This document shows, piece by piece, positions 33,980-45,234 of a stretch of DNA of 64,000 bases. A program made the position numbers and the translations under genes. The notes under the pieces were generated by a model. It was not told the DNA's origin, did not search any database, and worked only from the letters and a program-made list of their open reading frames with translations. Each line of letters starts with the position of its first letter. Position 1 is the stretch's first letter. This stretch comes from Neoechinorhynchus agilis (Eukaryota; Animalia; Acanthocephala), in contig CM121342.1 in assembly GCA_051530055.1 (NCBI GenBank), positions 3,905,489-3,969,488 on the forward strand. Reading direction: 5' to 3'.

Positions 33980-35413
33980 TTACGTAGGATTTAATACATT
34001 CGGTGCAGGGAATTTCGTATCCCACACGCAGATCATCGATTTCTGATCGCAACTCATCGATCTTTTCTTCACGCTGAACAACATAATCGTAGTATTGATC
34101 GGAAATGGAAGGGAAAACTCAGATGTCCTGCTCATTATCGTCGCATGAAATCATTTCTTTGTATTATTGTTCCGCAAGACGGTTCCTTCCTTATGTCCAT
34201 TTGAAGCTCCGGTGGAATAAAACATGAAAGTTGCTCATTGGTTGCTTTCACGAGATTCGCTTGAAGGAGATTGTTACCAACATATTCTTGAATCTCTAAG
34301 TCTTTTAAGGTTACTTCAAAACAACCTTCCATTTCATTAACCTTTAAAAATGAGCCAAGAAGCGTTCTGTTGTTTGCTTCTAATTGAAAATTGTACACTA
34401 CATCTATGGACAATTTCTCTTCTTTATTCTCATTTGGAACCGGTTTGATACCCGGATGATTGCCCTTTGATGCGAATCTTGGAATTTGACAGAATTCATT
34501 TTTTAGCGGTTGAATACTTGACAGTGGGACGATTTCAGTACGACCTTCGTTCACTAAAAATGCCGGCACTGTATCTGAATGTGGAATGACGGCGCCAATA
34601 ATAGCGCCGAGCCATAATTCATCTTTCTGTGAGTAAATTACACACGAGAGGAAACCACAATATTTAAACTTTGGAGGATTTCCATTTTCGTATTTGTAGG
34701 ATTCTTGTAGTTGATTGCAAAAGACGGCACTTACGGGTTTTCGCAGGAAATACGGATTCGACAAAGTCTCTTTTTCTGTTAATTGAACGTGGATTTCCAA
34801 CTTCGATTACATTGTAATTTACGATCAATTTGTTACTGTCGCTCTTATCTTCTTTGATTCTAAAGGCCAGATTTGCGTTGATTTCATTAACTATAATTCG
34901 TCGTTTTCTCGACACAAATTTTCCGGCATGGAGCATGCAATGATTTTCCTGTTCATCGTTCTTAATTGAAATAAAGTCGTCGGTCGGCGTTTTCATCCGA
35001 TACAATATTTGTAACTTAACGTCCAGCGGAATTTTTGAAGCATTTGTGTGAACGTTATCTTTTTCGTATGATCGACGCCCATTAACAAAATTCTCCCATT
35101 TTTTACGTCGTGGTGCACAGAAGTGATTGTAATTTGAGCCAGGGCAGAGGTTCTGATTGATGGAGTCTAGAACTTGTTTTAATTCAGTGGAGGTCAAATT
35201 AGGGAACGGATCCGACTGGCGTAGACCACGAGAGTCGGCCCGCCACCATGTTGAATTGCCACTTGAACGAATTTTAGAGGAAAGGAAGTTTATGCGGGGG
35301 ATAATTATTTTGTTAATTAGAGCTTTGACCTGATACTGAGGGCGACCAGCATTTGTGTGAACGTTATCTTTTTCGTATGATCGACGCCCATTAACAAAAT
35401 TCTCCCGCAGCAA
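33980..35413 (-). CDS. Tudor-domain (extended Tudor/TDRD-like) protein; 5' end abuts a LINE fragment
   Basis: ELWLGAII...FLVNEGRTEIVPLSSIQPLKNEFCQIPRFA...GIKP matches the eTudor WxRA..FVDYG..E.V..L.PL...F..LP..A pattern; a plausible 61-nt GT-AG intron near 34780-34840 joins the two ORFs. Confidence 0.65.
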
Positions 35414-35600
35414 TTGTGATTTTTACTAGGGATATTTCTTGGAGGAGCTGAGAAGTGGACTGCGATGAATTCTAGATCGGGGTTTTGTAGAGAGCCGAAG
35501 AATATGGTAGCGATTATCGAGGGTAAATTGAGACCACCCCTCCTGGAAGGTCTTCGTGGTATGTAAGGAAGAGTACCCGGGAAGGATGGCTGAATTGCTG
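35408..35600 (-). mobile_element. L2/CR1-like endonuclease fragment
   Basis: Near-identical to 37418-37800; reverse complement reads SAILPGYSSLHT..RRGG..NPDLEFIAV. Confidence 0.75.
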
Positions 35601-35723
35601 TAAAAAAACTTTGATTTTATTTTATGAAATGCGGTGGTGGTGGTGGTGGTGGTGAGGTGGGGGGGATGGATTATGCGTTTAATCGCGCACCACGCAGTTC
35701 AGTTAATCCTGATATAGGCGAAT

Positions 35724-36422
35724 TTATCTAGTTTTAAACACCATAGCGCCATTTTCTAAGACTTCTTGTATCACTTGATCCATTAACCGAATTCCGTTAA
35801 TGTGCAGCATTTGGTTCCGCGAAGCTGCGATGGCAGACACTTCAACCTGACGAGTCCAACTTGTACTGATCGAAACAGATCGTAGGATTGGCCTTCTACC
35901 GGTTTCGTCAACTTGACCAATCGGCCAATTAAGAAAGTAACACCAGACAAACATTATCAATTCCATTAGGATATGAGTCCGAAAATGAACTACAGTGTTC
36001 ACATCATCATCGTCATCATTAGTATTCATATGGCGCCTTGGATGAGCTTTGAACACAAACGCTTTCGTAAATCCGTCCGAAGATCTACGAATGGATATGA
36101 GAACATCTTTAGGCCGGTTATTGCGATTTCGACCATTTAACCGGCAGTGTAACATGTGAACCTCATAGAAGACACCATGGCGGTAATACCTGATAGCGTA
36201 AAACTTACGATTCGCATCTTCGCCTGAAGGAGGCCATGAATAAGTCGGAATCTTATCAGATATTCCTTCATGGCTGTCCACTACTAAAAATTCGAATTCA
36301 CAAAGAGCACAGTGAACGATCAGAAATGTCATATCTTCAGGTGATCGAATATAGTCTTGGTGTTTTGTATTTTGAGCTCGGATGCGAAGTGCCCAACTAC
36401 TAATGATAGCTTCGTAATCCAT
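35724..36422 (-). CDS. Hypothetical protein with weak resemblance to the PI31/FBXO7 FP domain
   Basis: 232-aa ORF; DMTFLIVHCAL...S.KIP..W....YAIRY loosely resembles the PI31 N-terminal pattern (by eye only). Confidence 0.4.
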   Translation of the reverse strand: MDYEAIISSWALRIRAQNTKHQDYIRSPEDMTFLIVHCALCEFEFLVVDSHEGISDKIPTYSWPPSGEDANRKFYAIRYYRHGVFYEVHMLHCRLNGRNRNNRPKDVLISIRRSSDGFTKAFVFKAHPRRHMNTNDDDDDVNTVVHFRTHILMELIMFVWCYFLNWPIGQVDETGRRPILRSVSISTSWTRQVEVSAIAASRNQMLHINGIRLMDQVIQEVLENGAMVFKTR

Positions 36423-36628
36423 TGGATTGATAGACCGAACGAAAAAGTGTGTGCTCGTAGTCTTAGTAGATCGATACTCCCCGTGTTTCTAAACCTTGAG
36501 GGTTTGGTAAACAAAAACAAATGAACAACAAACACGTGATTCGATTTGAAGCGAAAACAACATAAATCGGGTCACCGCCGAGTCTTAAAACTAAAAGTGT
36601 TCAAACCGTTCAATCACTTTTTTAAAAT

Positions 36629-36874
36629 ATGATATTAAAATTTTTGCGGTCAAATGTCATTCCAAGCAGTCCTTTACGATATGGAACATCCATCGTTGTT
36701 GCCGTAATAATATGGAGCTGGCGAATAACCATAGTAAGGATATCCTGGATTTTGGTAATAGTTGTAATTGTATCCATATTGATATCCGCTATATGGAGTG
36801 TTGTAGTAAGACGGATACATTTGATTGAGAGTACCAAGCTCACAAAAAAGTCACACCTTCGTCGCTCAACTTAA
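36629..36874. CDS. Small orphan ORF pair, copy 1 (hydrophobic 2-TM-like on +, Tyr/Gly-rich 48 aa on -)
   Basis: Paralogous to 38440-38800; both strands remain open in both copies. Confidence 0.4.
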
Positions 36875-37010
36875 GCGCGGCTCTAGTGATTCAGAATTCT
36901 CATCGTTGTTTGTTCATAAATTCATTGTTCGGAATTGACTCCTGTTTGGTATTCCCGCAGAACTAAAAACAATGAGTGGGAGGATCGATAGCACAATGAC
37001 CGAAAAAGTG

Positions 37011-37382
37011 CGACTTGAACGATTAATCTATTTGGGAAAATTCCATCACAAATAATGTTTGGTGTATTTGAAGATAAAAACAAAGGAAGCCATGAGAGCT
37101 TCTTTCTACTTACCTGCTGAAGTGGCCAACCCCATGAGTACGTTGACAACTGATTGATTGGTCGGACAATTCGATATTCGTCTGATTTCTTATTCGTCGA
37201 TCTAATCACGATTGTCTACTCAAACATTTTAACGTACGGTTTCATTTTATGGAAGGAACTTACACCGTCGTAGATGTGACCTTTCAACAACTGAACATTG
37301 CAGGAAACCAATTTATTGTCGCTAAACATTCAAGAATATAACAGAATAAAAATAAAATACAAACGAATTGCTCGTCAATTCA
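37011..37382. repeat. ~370-bp segment duplicated almost identically at 40497-40867
   Basis: cgacttgaacgattaatctatttggg...acaaacgaattgctcgtcaattcaa in both. Confidence 0.9.
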
Positions 37383-37394
37383 AACCCAGGATGA

Positions 37395-37950
37395 GAGGCT
37401 GGAGGGCGGTAGATGCCAGCAATTGTGATTTTTACTAGGGATATTTCTTGGAGGAGCTGAGAAGTAGACTGCGATGAATTCTAGATCGGGGTTTTGCAGA
37501 AAGCCGAAGAATATGGTAGCGATTATCGAGGGTAAATTGAGACCGCCCCTCCTGGAAGGTCTTCGTGGTATCGTTTTGGGCGTTTTGTTTAAGGGGCGGT
37601 AGACGCCAGCAATTGTGAATTCTCTAAAGCCATTTCTTAGAGGAGCTGAGAAGTAGACTGCGATGAATTCTAGATCGGAGTTTTGTAGAGAGCCGAAGAA
37701 TATGGTAGCGATTATCGAGGGTAAATTGAGACCGCCCCTCCTGGAAGGTCTTCGTGGTATGTAAGGAAGAGTACCCGGGAAGGATGGCTGAATTGCTGTT
37801 GAAGGGAGTAAGCCACGTTTTTGTTGAAATGACTACGTTGGCTTTTGAGGTAGATGAATTGAGTGAAATTTCATGTAGTTTAGGGAAGGAGGCTACGAGT
37901 ATTGGAGTAGATTACGGCGCGGAAGGGAATTTTGGAGGGTTGAAATGAGG
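37395..37950 (-). mobile_element. L2/CR1-like endonuclease fragments (internally duplicated)
   Basis: Two overlapping copies of the gcaattgtga...ctcctggaaggtcttcgtggtat block; the distal part matches 8420-8590 in reverse. Confidence 0.8.
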
Positions 37951-38084
37951 GAGATTTAAGTTGCTTTGTTCGTCGCGGGTGATGGATTAAGGAAGGAACC
38001 GTTACATGTTGCCGATCTTAAAGGTCTCAGAAATGACCTTCCAACAACTGAACATTGCAGGAAACCAATTTGTTGAGGAACAAA

Positions 38085-38268
38085 CCAAAAATATTTTTTT
38101 AGACGAATGAAAAACAATAAACAAGAAATCTTGGGCCTAACTAGCGAATTAACGAAACTTAAAAATACTTACGAAAACATTAATTTCATTTTCTGAGTTC
38201 GATGTCATCTTAAAGGACATAAGAAATCGATTTAGTGGATGAATAAAATAACATACGATAATCTCTGA
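38085..38268. repeat. ~185-bp segment duplicated at 41236-41420
   Basis: accaaaaatatttttttagacgaatg...gataatctctgagatcga in both. Confidence 0.9.
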
Positions 38269-38439
38269 GATCGAACTTTGGTCAACTAGTAAAATGCCCC
38301 CTTTTTAGAGAGAGAAAATACATTGACGAGAAAAAGGCGAAATTGTCGAGATCACTCGTTCCAAGAAGAGAAGTTTTACATTAATGACCACTATGATTAA
38401 CGCGCAAAGTGTTCCTGCCGTTCAACGACATATTTTAAG

Positions 38440-38811
38440 CAATGGTCAAATGTATTTCCAAGCAGTCTTTTAAGATATGGAACATCCATCGTTGCTGCCG
38501 TAATAATATGGAGCTGGCGAATAATAATTCGAGCATCCTGGGTATTGGTACTGATAGTTATAATTGTATCGATATTGGTATCCGCTATATGGAGTGCTGT
38601 AAAAAGTCGAGTACATTTCGATCAAAATTCCGAGACCAAGCTCACAAAAAATTGCGTTTTCATCGCTCATTTTAAACGAAGACCTGCGGCTCTAGTGATT
38701 CATAATTCTCATTGTTATGCCTTCAAAGATTCTTTGTTCGGAATTGACTCAGCTGTTTGGCACCTCCGCAATGAGTTGGATGACATTTCTGATAGATCGA
38801 AAGCACCGTGA
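38440..38811. CDS. Small orphan ORF pair, copy 2
   Basis: MYSTFYSTPYSGYQYRYNYNYQYQYPGCSNYYSPAPYYYGSNDGCSIS on -; PSSLLRYGTSIVAAVIIWSWR...VSAIWS on +. Confidence 0.4.
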
Positions 38812-41429
38812 TTGAAAAGTCCATTATTACCACGAGAAAGCTTCGCCTGTCATCTAAAAAGCTTTTAGTTGTGTCGAGAATGGCACTCGATGAGATCGTG
38901 TAAACACAACAAGAAATACCATCCTCATTCTTCGGCAGTCCTGCCGTTCTTGTTATATCAATCTTGTTGATTACAGCTTCCATTTTTGAGTTCTATAGAC
39001 CACTGATGAATGGTGCCTCAATGAAGTGCTTCTTTGGTGATTCTTAATCGAAGGAACATTGCGCTGCCTTCTTACCTAAAGTTGGATCAGGATTATGCAG
39101 TAGTAATTTTGTATACTAAAAGCAAAATTAATGTTGCCGTGGGCCGTGCCTTGCAATTTTCATTTTATTGCATTATATGTTTGTCAGACAATTTCCTTAC
39201 CATTTAGAGAGCAGCCCAGTTTCCATCTTCCTTCAAGTAAAAGCAATGGAAAATTTTAGGTAGATGTAAAATCATTTGATGACTGTTTCGGTAATTTGCT
39301 GCTTTAACCTTTATCACGGCTCCTTTTGTGATTTCAGATAATTCGTCATCTTGGCCTACTATAATTTTCTCCCGACTTCAACATGTGAAACTTATAATTC
39401 GTAACTTCCATGTACATCAATAAAACTCAACCAAATGAATCCATTTTTCCGGATGACTTTTAATATCGTAGAATATATCCATATCTTTAAATAAAAGAAA
39501 CAATTCCAAGCTAATTCCTATTGGCTTTTCTTGCATGTGAATAATATCGATTACTTTCTCTATAAACCATTTTACAAAGTCGAATCGTAATTCTGAGGTT
39601 CGTCCCTGCGGATCGTGATGAAAAGTACACAGTCGCAGAAGTTTTATACATTTTTATTTGTCGAAAAGGAACAACATTTAGTTCAGTCATTATCTTTAAA
39701 AAAATACCGTTCATGGCAGGATCGAAAAATTGATATCTATAAAAACGCATTTATGCTCAAGAGTTGCTTCTTAAACACAAAGATACCTTCTCTGTCATAT
39801 CATCGAGCAGAAAATTGACTTCCTTGAAACGCCGCTGAACTTCTTTGAGCCAATCGATTTCTGCTGACGTCTGTAAAGGGACAAATTGTCAATGCGTTAT
39901 CAGAAAGATAATGTTAAACAATATAAGTACAAGATCACTTCAGTGAAAACTCCGAGACTTTTTGATTGATTTTAAACGCTCATGTACGATTCGACAATAG
40001 AATTAAATTCTTTTTAAAGTGACTTACAACATACGAATAAACTGCTTTTGTGCTGGGCATCGTAATAGTTGTCGACAATTTGAGCATAGTGTTTGTTATA
40101 TAAAAATTAAACAATATATCGTTGGGAAGTTTCGGTTTGATTAGGTTGTTCTGCAAAATTTAAGATTCGTATTATTCTAAAAAATTTAAGAATAAAAACC
40201 AACACAAAATAAAACAGACATTGACTCATCGTCCGCTGAAGGGTCATTTAAGACATGAGTTCTCATCGTTACCAAGACTAAGAAACACAATAAGAATGCA
40301 TGTATTAAACAAATTTTGGCTTTTTCCATTAAGCGCGAAACCGACATTATTACCTAAATAATATTTTCTTCAGAATCATGCTTTGAAAAGAAACTGACTT
40401 CTAATAGTGCATTTAGGCGCTCCACATTTTCTCCTCCTTCACGGCTAGTTTCAATCAAATACTCATGAAGTTGTTCCGCGGCCGTGTGCACAAACCGACT
40501 TGAACGATTAATCTATTTGGGAAAATTCCATCACAAATAATGTTTGGTGTATTTGAAGATAAAAACAAAGGAAGCCATGAGAGCTTCTTTCTACTTACCT
40601 GCTGAAGTGGCCAACCCCATGAGTACGTTGACAACTGATTGATTGGTCGGACAATTCGATATTCGTCTGATTTCTTATTCGTCGATCTAATCACGATTGT
40701 CTACTCAAGCATTTTAACGTACGGTTTCATTTTATGGAAGGAACTTACACCGTCGTAGATGTGACCTTTCAACAACTGAACATTGCAGGAAACCAATTTA
40801 TTGTCGCTAAACATTCAAGAATATAACAGAATAAAAATAAAATACAAACGAATTGCTCGTCAATTCAAGATTTGTTGGTTTGTACCAAACTTGACTATGA
40901 AGGCCACGAACCTGAGATTCGAGCGGTTCGTCCACTTGGTACAAATGAGTCTATGGAACACCGATCAGATGGAATGGAATTTAGAACCTCAAACCTCTAA
41001 GAGATTAAGAATAAGCTGAATATCCGAAGGTACATCTTCGGTCAAAAAATCCTCAATTGATTCGACCTATAAATGGGGGGGGAATAGATGAAGTCGTACT
41101 GGCGAAATGGGTTTACATTTTTTTTAATAAAAACATCGCGTTCTTAAATTAAGGCACTTTGGATTCTAACATCATTCACCACTCACAAAAGGTAAACAAT
41201 ACAATAAAACAATGTTAACGATCTTAAAAGAAAAAACCAAAAATATTTTTTTAGACGAATGAAAAACAATAAACAAGAAATCTTGGGCCTAACTAGCGAA
41301 TTAACGAAACTTAAAAATACTTACGAAAACATTAATTTCATTTTCTGAGTTCGATGTCATCTTAAAGGACATAAGAAATCGATTTAGTGGATGAATAAAA
41401 TAACATACGATAATCTCTGAGATCGAGCT

Positions 41430-42095
41430 TCGGTCCCGAACGGACTTCCCCCGACCAAATATTCTCACCCTTACCGATACGCTTTGAACAACTTTGAACT
41501 CGAGTATGAGGAAGCAAAGACGCGTGGGTCCTATACTTTGTATATATTTTTTTATCTCCGACGAGACACTAAGAATTTGCAGTGTCCCTGAGACTTGGGT
41601 ACCGATGTGCACATCCCATCGCTCTTGTTGCGGAGCGACCGTGGAACCATCGAGATGCTACGGGAATCGGCAATCTTACGGAAGGTACTCATGACACGCC
41701 GAAGTGAACGCAATGTTCGTGTCCAACGTCCTAGAGCTTAATAATTCTTTGCTGACTCGATGGCCGCCGTAGATCGGACGGTGTCACAGTATTCCCGTGG
41801 CGAGAAGGAAAATGCCTTTCCTGGGACGCCAGTCGCAGCCAGCAGCATAAAAATTCGCCACTTTCAAACCGAAGAGGGAGTAGCGACCGCTGACTTGAGT
41901 CGAAATCATTATTTCATTCTCATTTGGCGTCGAGACCCTCGGGTCGTTTGATACCGCGGCGGAGAACCTGCTTAAGCAATTGTCTAAGAGATTGAGACGA
42001 ATCACTGGCGATCAGAGGGCAGGAGGATTCCTTCTGCAAAACATAGCCAACGGGGGAACGCTGCATCCGTCCTTTCGACCATTACACTACTAAGG
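41430..42095 (+). mobile_element. CRE-clade non-LTR retrotransposon 3' fragment (restriction-like endonuclease region)
   Basis: DGRRRSDGVTVFPWREGKCLSWDA, GVETLG, LLKQLSKRLRRITGDQRAGGFLLQ and RGNAASVL across frameshifts. Confidence 0.8.
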
Positions 42096-42469
42096 TCGCT
42101 GAGTGATCCAGAGGGGCGGTGGTGCGAATGATTTCATGTCATCTATGATTATATTTGGTTTCCGTATTAAATAAATAAAATAAACATGTTATTATAACTT
42201 TTGCGTTATACCACGTAATTTCTTTTACTGCTGAATCGTTAGAATTTTAAGTTCTGATGGTAAGGGAGGAAGCGGGAAAATAGCGTTAAAAAGCGAAAAT
42301 AGGCTCCATTATTGTATGAAACCCCTGTTCTTCTGGAACAAACTATATAAAGTTTAAATTCGTTTTTTAGAGAAGTTTTTCTACGTTTGAACATAATTTT
42401 GTAATTGTACGTTGGCGAATCCTGTCCCCGGTGTTGTCGATACTCATTTATTTGCGAAACTGGCTTTCA

Positions 42470-42840
42470 CCACATAAGTGACACAGCAACTAGAAAACTG
42501 AGGCGCCTCAAGTACATCGCTCCAAATCTTTTGATTTACAACAAACGAAACGCATCCATTGCGGGCATTCTCAAGAGGAAAACCAAACCAGAGACCAAAT
42601 CAGGGATCTACAAAATTCCACGTGCAGAATGCTCAAAGGTCTACATTGGACAAACTATGCAAGGGATCAAGAATCGCAGCATAAACAGGCTTGCAGGACT
42701 TTCGACAAATCCTCAGCAATCTCGAACCACCAGAGCACAAGGTGGATTTTGAAAAAGCTGCATTTTTAACCAGCGAACCGGATCTGAGATAAAGACTGAT
42801 TCTTGAGGCCATTCACATTCGGTTAAATTCGTCCGATGGA
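42470..42840 (+). mobile_element. Penelope-like element GIY-YIG endonuclease fragment
   Basis: SGIYKIPRAECSKVYIGQT...RLILEAIHI. Confidence 0.85.
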
Positions 42841-42987
42841 AGGCAACAAATCAAACCACACTCTGGTGCTGCAAAAGTTGCGTAGCATGACGAACAAATT
42901 AGTCGGCAATAAACCGCAAGAGGTGTGTGCGGTTGGGTATTAGCAAACCCGCGGATCTGAGCTACATCCAGACGTCCATTTTAGATA

Positions 42988-43027
42988 GAGATTGAAGAGG
43001 CAAGGAAAACCCTGCGAAATATTTCTC
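42988..43027 (+). ncRNA. Candidate minimal type-I hammerhead ribozyme downstream of the Penelope GIY-YIG fragment
   Basis: GAGA-TTGAAGA-G-GCAAGG-AAAA-CCCTGC-GAAA-TA-TT-TCTC: stem I, core variant, imperfect stem II, vestigial stem III. Confidence 0.45.
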
Positions 43028-43443
43028 AAATAAATGAGTAACGAAAACACCGGGAAAAAGGATTCGCCAACGTACAATCAAATTCACCTCGAGGACAATG
43101 ATATATGACATAATTTTTTAATTGGGCCAAAGAATCAATGTTAGGGATTCATTGCTTGTGGATTCGAGCTTATCATTGACGAAAGGAAATGTTGAACATC
43201 GAACGAAGATGGTATATTACGAATTGACTCCTGTTGAAAGATCGAAGTCCCCCTTAACCATGGGAAGAACCTACATTTCGAAATTCCCTTAAATAGACTT
43301 TTAACTCCAAGAAGTTTCGTTTGCAGTTCTATCAATTTCATCAACGTAAATAATGCTCGGTCAGCTTTTATAAGCTTTTTCGAACTAAATTTTTGAAAGC
43401 TTATCAGATTTCCCGATTTGTTACATTGTCGGCTGATTTTTTT

Positions 43444-43500
43444 GTTTGAATCGCCAATGACGCACAACCAAAGGGGACGAAGAGATGTACGAACTTTTAA
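43444..43500 (+). mobile_element. Internally deleted copy of the tRNA-SINE
   Basis: gtttgaatc..ccaatgacgcacaaccaaaggggacgaa joined directly to the tail atgtacgaacttttaa. Confidence 0.65.
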
Positions 43501-43907
43501 CGTTTCATCAGATCCGATCGCCGAAAGTACTAAAATAATTCACATCAATAAAAAATTTTGTCCCATAACGTTTTTTCAGGATTTAAAGGATTGTATTCGT
43601 CGTCTACAATATAGTTCTTTTCTCTGAGAGTCTCATTTTTTTTGAGAACGTCCACGTCGTATTGGAAACTTGTGTGAGATAAGTGCACAATCTCACAGAA
43701 TAAATCTCTTTTGGCGATTGATACAACGTTGAAAGACCAACGGAGTAATAATAAACTGATGGGAGGAGCCTTTAGGAAAAAACGCTTCCAATCATCATCA
43801 TAACCAGTTCAAAAACGTACGTACAAATAAGTTTTTCACCTGTAATGTTTTCCTAGAAACATTTCTTCGTTGACTTTTATAAGGCACACTTTCAACCATC
43901 AATCTCA

Positions 43908-44616
43908 ATGGATCTTCTACGTAAACGCATTCGAAACTATAATGTCCACCTAAAAGTAGCAAATTTGGTTATTCTTCAGTTTCTGGCTCTTAGTGGAGGT
44001 GTTGGTGCTGGGATAGCAACGATCGTGGTTGCCGCTCAAGAGCGATTTGGAATATCATCGATTGATCCTTCGATCACAGCAAAGGAGATCACATATCTCA
44101 CATTCCAAATCGTATTCGGTTCATTGATTGTTTGTACATCTTTAGTGTACTTGGTGTGTTCGTTGGCGTCCGTATGGTATAAAAAATTTCGATTTGTCAG
44201 AAGGATAAGCCTCACTTTTCTTTTCTCTTTGATTCTGCTTCCTTTGATCCAACTCATATTTCTTTACCAAAATTGGAGCGTATCTTCTCGAAGTACCGAG
44301 CTGTTTGTGAATCAATGCTGTATGAATAAGACGGATACGACTGACAAGTCTTTTCATGGGGTTATATGGAAAAGACTAGCAACATAAACCACCTTATTTC
44401 CCCCCAAAATGTGTTCAACTCGAAGATAAGTTCGACTGTTGCATAAGATGTAGTGAATTGGATGGAAGAGGAAAAATGTGCACAATTGCAAAGCACTGCG
44501 TCAGGGTTGTGAGGGAGGCGGATTATGATAGAATGGAACGAGCCAGTATCCCATGTGCCATTTGTTCATTTCTACTCACTTTACTATGCATGGTGAACTC
44601 CTTTGTTGGCGATTAA
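43908..44616 (+). CDS. Divergent tetraspanin-like 4-TM protein
   Basis: Three hydrophobic helices in 43908-44387, then in another frame QLEDKFDCCIRC...KHC...IPCAICSFLLTLLCMVNSF (EC2-like CC motif plus TM4); joined by a possible GT-AG intron or a frameshift. Confidence 0.55.
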
Positions 44617-45234
44617 AACGATGTCTTGATTGAAATCGATTTATACGCTCATAGATGCGATCGATATTCTTCCTAGGAAATTTAAAAAAGGGATTTCCAC
44701 TGCAAAAGTGATTAATCCGTTCCAGATTCTCACAGCACAATTCCTAGTAAATTTTATCCTGGGTTTACCAATAAAAAAATCAATGCGGTTTTCTGACATC
44801 TCACGTCTCCAGCCGCCAAAGTAAAAAGAACCCAAATGAAGAGCAGCGGAATTTAAAAAAACATAATGTCTAAGAAATTCAAGAGACATTGTAGTTCAAT
44901 TCCAACTTATATCTTCCAATTCTATGTCAGTCTCAACTTCTTTCTGTACGGATAAGCGCATTAGACGTAGAAAAAGATCCATTAGTATAAAATTTAAGGA
45001 GAACAAACTCAATCAATTACATTTCGTGATTGACTCAATTTAAACAAACGGCCCCCTAAAGGACTAGTCCTGATTTAAAGGCGGTAAAAAACTGTTGGGC
45101 GATATATTCGCTCCAAGTGCTCATTTTCACTAATGAAAATTAAAAAAGGGTAAAAATGGCAAAGTTTGTTCCCGTATCCATATAAAATTCTCATTGTTTT
45201 CCATTGAGATAAACGTAACATTCAATTCTCCTAA

